Below are positions 59,994-64,000 of a stretch of DNA of 64,000 nucleotides, in pieces. Position 1 is the stretch's first letter; each line of letters opens with the position of its first letter. The position numbers and the translations under genes were made by a program. Source of the stretch: a bacterium (GTDB lineage Bacteria > Omnitrophota > Gorgyraeia > Zapsychrales > Zapsychraceae); the NCBI GenBank assembly GCA_030429765.1, contig JAUIER010000012.1, positions 32,916 through 96,915 of the forward strand. Reading direction: 5' to 3'. The notes beneath the pieces are model-generated. The model was not told the DNA's origin, ran no database searches, and saw only the letters and a list, made by a program, of their open reading frames with translations.

Positions 59994-60638
59994 ATGGCGA
60001 GTACACTACTGAGAAAAGAACGCAAGCAAGTCAAAGACGCGATGTGGGACAACAACCCGGTAACGCTACAGGTATTGGGGATCTGTTCGGCGCTGGCGGT
60101 TACGGTTCAATTAAATACGGCCCTGGTTATGTGTGCGGCACTGACATTTGTATTGTGTTTGTCGAATGTGATTATTTCATTGATCCGTAACATGATTCCT
60201 AATGAAATCCGTGTTATCGTTCAGCTTTCCGTCATCGCGTCGTTGGTTATCATTGCCGATCAGCTGCTCAAGGCGTTTATGTTTGATGTCAGCAAGCAGT
60301 TAAGTGTTTTTGTCGGATTGATCATCACCAACTGTATTGTTATGGGGCGGGCTGAGGCCTTTGCGATGGCCAACGAGTGGAAATCATCTTTTGTGGATGG
60401 ATTAGGAAACGCCTTTGGGTACAGTGCGGTATTGATATTGGTCGCTTCCGGTCGTGAGATCCTAGGCAGCGGATCCTTGTTGGGATTCAAGATTGTTCCC
60501 AAGGCATTATACGAAATGGGATATGTGGATTGCGGGATGATGGTTCTGGCACCAGGGGCCTTCTTCCTATTAGGGCTTTTGATTTGGGGACAACGAGCAC
60601 TGTCGCCGGAATTGGCCGATAAAGATTCGACGAGATAA
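59994..60638 (+). CDS. nqrD: Na+-NQR subunit D
   Basis: [28 protein letters not shown]. Confidence 0.95.
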   Translation: MASTLLRKERKQVKDAMWDNNPVTLQVLGICSALAVTVQLNTALVMCAALTFVLCLSNVIISLIRNMIPNEIRVIVQLSVIASLVIIADQLLKAFMFDVSKQLSVFVGLIITNCIVMGRAEAFAMANEWKSSFVDGLGNAFGYSAVLILVASGREILGSGSLLGFKIVPKALYEMGYVDCGMMVLAPGAFFLLGLLIWGQRALSPELADKDSTR

Positions 60639-60652
60639 ACGAGGTTAATATT

Positions 60653-61261
60653 ATGGAACATTATCTGAGCTTAGCGGTTAAATCAATTTTCGTAGAAAAT
60701 ATCCTTTTGGCGTATTTCCTTGGCATGTGCTCGTTTTTGGCATGCTCGAAAAAGATTGAAACGGCGATTGGATTGGGATGCGCGGTTATCTTTGTTTTGA
60801 CGGTTACATGTCCGGCCAACTGGGCCATCAACAACTTCCTTTTATCCAAAGGGGCGTTGAGCTGGGCCGGTTTACCGGATGTTGACCTGAGCTTCTTGAC
60901 GTTTATTGCTTTTATTGCGGTTATCGCGGCGATGGTGCAGATCGTCGAGATGGTGCTGGACCGATTTAGCCCCAAGCTGTACACGGCACTGGGAATCTTT
61001 CTTCCGCTTATTGCGGTAAACTGCTCTATCTTAGGTGGTTCATTATTTATGGCCGAGCGCGGATACAATTTCGCGGAATCAGCGGTATTCGGATTCGGGT
61101 CCGGTGTCGGATGGGCGTTAGCCATCGTCGCCATGGCCGCCATCAGAACAAAACTTCAATATTCTAATGTTCCAAAATCATTACAAGGTCTTGGCCTGAC
61201 AATGATCATAACCGGATTAATGGCGATGGGCTTTATGTGCTTCGCCGGAATCCAACTGTAG
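60653..61261 (+). CDS. nqrE: Na+-NQR subunit E
   Basis: MEHYLSL, FLGMC, PLIAVNC. Confidence 0.95.
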   Translation: MEHYLSLAVKSIFVENILLAYFLGMCSFLACSKKIETAIGLGCAVIFVLTVTCPANWAINNFLLSKGALSWAGLPDVDLSFLTFIAFIAVIAAMVQIVEMVLDRFSPKLYTALGIFLPLIAVNCSILGGSLFMAERGYNFAESAVFGFGSGVGWALAIVAMAAIRTKLQYSNVPKSLQGLGLTMIITGLMAMGFMCFAGIQL

Positions 61262-61281
61262 ATTCTATTCGAGAGGTTATT

Positions 61282-62514
61282 ATGGGATTAGGTGGATACT
61301 TACTACTCAGCACGGCTGTTTTCGCGGTCATCACTTTGGTGCTCGTATCATTGCTGATGTTCGTCAAAAATAAGATTATGCAGCAAGGTGATTGCAAGAT
61401 CACGGTCAACAATGAAGCCGAGCCGATTGCGGTGCCTTCCGGCGGAACGCTGTTGACTGCACTGGCGACACAGAATGTATTTCTTCCATCGGCCTGCGGA
61501 GGCGGTGGAACATGCGCCATGTGTAAATGTCAGGTTTTGGAAGGCGGCGGCGACATTCTGCCGACGGAAACCGGTTTGATCCCGCGTAAGGAGCAGAAAG
61601 AAAACTATCGTCTGGCCTGTCAGGTAAAGATCCGTCAGGACATGAAGATCAAGATTCCTGATGAGATCTTCAAGATTCAAAAATTTGATTGTACCGTTCG
61701 CTCCAATGATAACGTTGCGACGTTTATTAAAGAGCTCGTACTCGAACTGCCCAAAGATCAGACCTTGGACTTTGAGGCTGGTGGATATATTCAGATTGAT
61801 ATTCCGCCATATGAGCTTGAGTTCAAGACATTTGATATCCAAAAGGAATATCATCCGGATTGGGATAAATTTAAGATCTGGGATCTGAAATCAGTGAATG
61901 AAGAACCGATTTTCCGGGCATACTCCATGGCTTCACATCCGGCCGAGCCGGGTATTGTGATGTTGAATGTCCGTATCGCCACGCCACCACCACGCGAATG
62001 GAGTTTACCGCCGGGTAAGGCGTCGTCATATATCTTTAACCTGAAACCGGGTGACAAGGTAACGATCAGCGGGCCTTATGGTGAGTTCTTTATCAAAGAC
62101 ACGAAACGTGAAATGTGTTACATCGGTGGAGGCGCTGGGATGGCGCCAATGCGTTCGCATCTGTTCCATCTGTTCCATACATTAAAGACCAAGGACCGCA
62201 AGGTCAGCTTCTGGTATGGAGCGCGTTCGAAACGGGAGATGTTTTACACGGATCATTTCGAAAAGATTGAAAAAGAATATCCGAATTTTAAGTATAATGT
62301 GGCTCTGTCAGAACCTCTTCCCGAAGACAATTGGGATGGGCCGACAGGATTTATTCACCAGGTTGTTCTTGAAAATTATTTGAAGAATCATCCGGAACCC
62401 GAAGAGATTGAATACTATTTGTGCGGACCGCCGATGATGATCAGTGCTGTTCAGAATATGCTGGATAGCTTGGGTGTTCCCGAAGAGATGATTGCGTTTG
62501 ATTCGTTCGGGTAA
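61282..62514 (+). CDS. nqrF: Na+-NQR subunit F
   Basis: [37 protein letters not shown]; start reassigned to 61282. Confidence 0.96.
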   Translation: MGLGGYLLLSTAVFAVITLVLVSLLMFVKNKIMQQGDCKITVNNEAEPIAVPSGGTLLTALATQNVFLPSACGGGGTCAMCKCQVLEGGGDILPTETGLIPRKEQKENYRLACQVKIRQDMKIKIPDEIFKIQKFDCTVRSNDNVATFIKELVLELPKDQTLDFEAGGYIQIDIPPYELEFKTFDIQKEYHPDWDKFKIWDLKSVNEEPIFRAYSMASHPAEPGIVMLNVRIATPPPREWSLPPGKASSYIFNLKPGDKVTISGPYGEFFIKDTKREMCYIGGGAGMAPMRSHLFHLFHTLKTKDRKVSFWYGARSKREMFYTDHFEKIEKEYPNFKYNVALSEPLPEDNWDGPTGFIHQVVLENYLKNHPEPEEIEYYLCGPPMMISAVQNMLDSLGVPEEMIAFDSFG

Positions 62515-62515
62515 T

Positions 62516-62549
62516 AAAAAAAAGGGACAGTCAACTGACTGTCCCTTTT
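62516..62549. terminator. Bidirectional terminator between nqrF and nqrM
   Basis: A-tract, gggacagtca-ac-tgactgtccc, T-tract. Confidence 0.85.
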
Positions 62550-62564
62550 ACATTTAGGCGGTAT

Positions 62565-62726
62565 TTAATTCGTACACTGGGTAGGATCTTTGCCTTCAGC
62601 CCGGCAGGCGCAGGATTCAGGATCGTCAGAACAGCCCTTCTTCAGGGCCTTCTTCGTCACGATCAGACCGATCGCCATACCCAGCAAACATCCGCCAAAA
62701 ACTATAAAGGTCACTAAATATTTCAT
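62565..62726 (-). CDS. nqrM: NqrM-like (DUF539) Na+-NQR maturation protein (53 aa, below cutoff)
   Basis: MKYLVTFIVFGGCLLGMAIGLIVTKKALKKGCSDDPESCACRAEGKDPTQCTN: TM with GMAIG and four C-terminal Cys, next to nqrF. Confidence 0.7.
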   Translation of the reverse strand: MKYLVTFIVFGGCLLGMAIGLIVTKKALKKGCSDDPESCACRAEGKDPTQCTN

Positions 62727-62773
62727 ACCGGTAGTATAATTCAATCCAGATTATTAATCAACCAGCAAAACAT

Positions 62774-64000
62774 ATGACTCCTGCCAAAAGCGAAAAATTA
62801 AATATCAGTCCGGATACGGAACTGGATGTCCTGCGTAAAATTGTTGAAATAACCAATTCTGAGTTGGATTTAAACCTGATCCTGGGGGAGGTCGTCAAGA
62901 TTGTTAACGAGATGACCAAGGCCGACTCGGTCTTTATCTATCTGTTTGACGACCGCCGTAAACATCTAACCTTGATGGCCTCAAAGACGCCTCACAAGAA
63001 AGAATTGGGAAATGTAACCCTTAAGGCGGGTGAGGGGATAACCGGTTGGGTAGCCAAGGAAAACAAGCCGGTGGCGATCGGCAAGGACGCGAGTCACGAT
63101 AAGCGTTTCAAAAATTTTGACGTGTTGCCTGAAGATAAATATGAAGCCTTTTTATCAGTACCGGTTGTGTATAAGGACCGCGCGATTGGCGTTGTAAATA
63201 TTCAGCACAAGAAGCCGCATGAGTATGCCAAGGGAACCATCGATTTGATCACGTTGATCGCCAAGCAGATCAGTGGATCGATTCAGCATGCCCGGCTCTA
63301 CGAGGAGACCAAAAAGAAAGCCTTGCAGTTTGATAGCCTCAATAAGGTAAGCCAGTCGATCATATCGCATGATTATCTCGACGAGATCTTAAATTTGATC
63401 GTTGTGGTTACGGCCGAGATGCTGAATTCCAAAATCTGCTCCATTATGCTGCTCGATAAGAACGGCAAGGAACTCAAGATGCAGGCGACGCATTCACTTA
63501 ATAAGAGTTATACCAAGCGGCCGAATTTAAAGATCAGCGGCAGTCTTAGCGGGGACGCGATCAAGAAGCGTGAACCGATCATCGTGGAGGACGTCCAGGA
63601 AAACAAAAAATATCAGCTTATGGATATGGCCATCAAAGAAAACCTGTCGTCGCTGTGCATCGTTCCGATGGTGGTAAAGGATCAGGCCATTGGTGTGATT
63701 ACTGTGTATACCAAGGACAAACACGTGTTCACAGAAGAAGAAGTCAATGTGTTGCAGATGGTCGCCAATCAGGCCGCGGTTGCGGTTGAGAATACGAAAT
63801 TGGTGGATGAGATGGTCCGCGCCAAAGAGGCCCTGGAAACCCGTAAACTGGTTGAACGGGCCAAGGGGATCTTGATGAAGATGAGTAATCTCAGTGAGGA
63901 GGCCGCCCACCGGCTGATTCACAAAAAGGCCATGGATTCCTGCAAGACCATGAAAGATATCGCCGAGTCCGTCATTCTGATGGACGAACTTCAATCCTAA
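62774..64000 (+). CDS. GAF-GAF-ANTAR RNA-binding regulator
   Basis: Two GAF repeats (GEGITGWVA...FLSVP...IGV); C-terminal ANTAR LETRKLVERAKGILM...SEEAAH...I.KKAMD. Confidence 0.92.
   Translation: MTPAKSEKLNISPDTELDVLRKIVEITNSELDLNLILGEVVKIVNEMTKADSVFIYLFDDRRKHLTLMASKTPHKKELGNVTLKAGEGITGWVAKENKPVAIGKDASHDKRFKNFDVLPEDKYEAFLSVPVVYKDRAIGVVNIQHKKPHEYAKGTIDLITLIAKQISGSIQHARLYEETKKKALQFDSLNKVSQSIISHDYLDEILNLIVVVTAEMLNSKICSIMLLDKNGKELKMQATHSLNKSYTKRPNLKISGSLSGDAIKKREPIIVEDVQENKKYQLMDMAIKENLSSLCIVPMVVKDQAIGVITVYTKDKHVFTEEEVNVLQMVANQAAVAVENTKLVDEMVRAKEALETRKLVERAKGILMKMSNLSEEAAHRLIHKKAMDSCKTMKDIAESVILMDELQS

Overview
Bacterial chromosomal window spanning the replication origin. Genes left of ~28.2 kb are almost all on the minus strand and genes to the right almost all on the plus strand. 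Gene content and protein style suggest Candidatus Omnitrophota (PVC superphylum), which is inference only. Left part (1-17.6 kb): an elaborate Tad/Flp pilus locus with 11 prepilin-motif proteins, including a >1160-aa Cys-rich TadG-like protein missed by the ORF track. It also has a CpaC/RcpA secretin fused to a C-terminal TonB_C domain, a CpaE(MinD)-CpaF(TadA) double-ATPase fusion, CpaB, DUF192, a PPIase and an HTH protein resembling a decayed transposase. The pilin leader is ~350 nt long and contains a small ORF, an intrinsic terminator and four abutting hairpins. Middle: mdh, tRNA-Glu, gyrA, gyrB, dciA, dnaN, oriC (DnaA box plus DnaA-trios), dnaA, rpmH, yidC (rnpA and yidD absent), a Jag_N-only protein, parS, parAB. 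Right: housekeeping genes (ndk, yicC, gmk, rpoZ, coaC, three tRNAs, thrS, infC, rpmI, rplT with an HhH extension, trkAH, pheST, 6S RNA, ygfA, rny, ymdB, PilZ, gltX, otsB, sucCD, a Pta-N-like protein, nqrA-F, nqrM) and a GAF-GAF-ANTAR regulator. All calls come from manual motif recognition; no searches were run.
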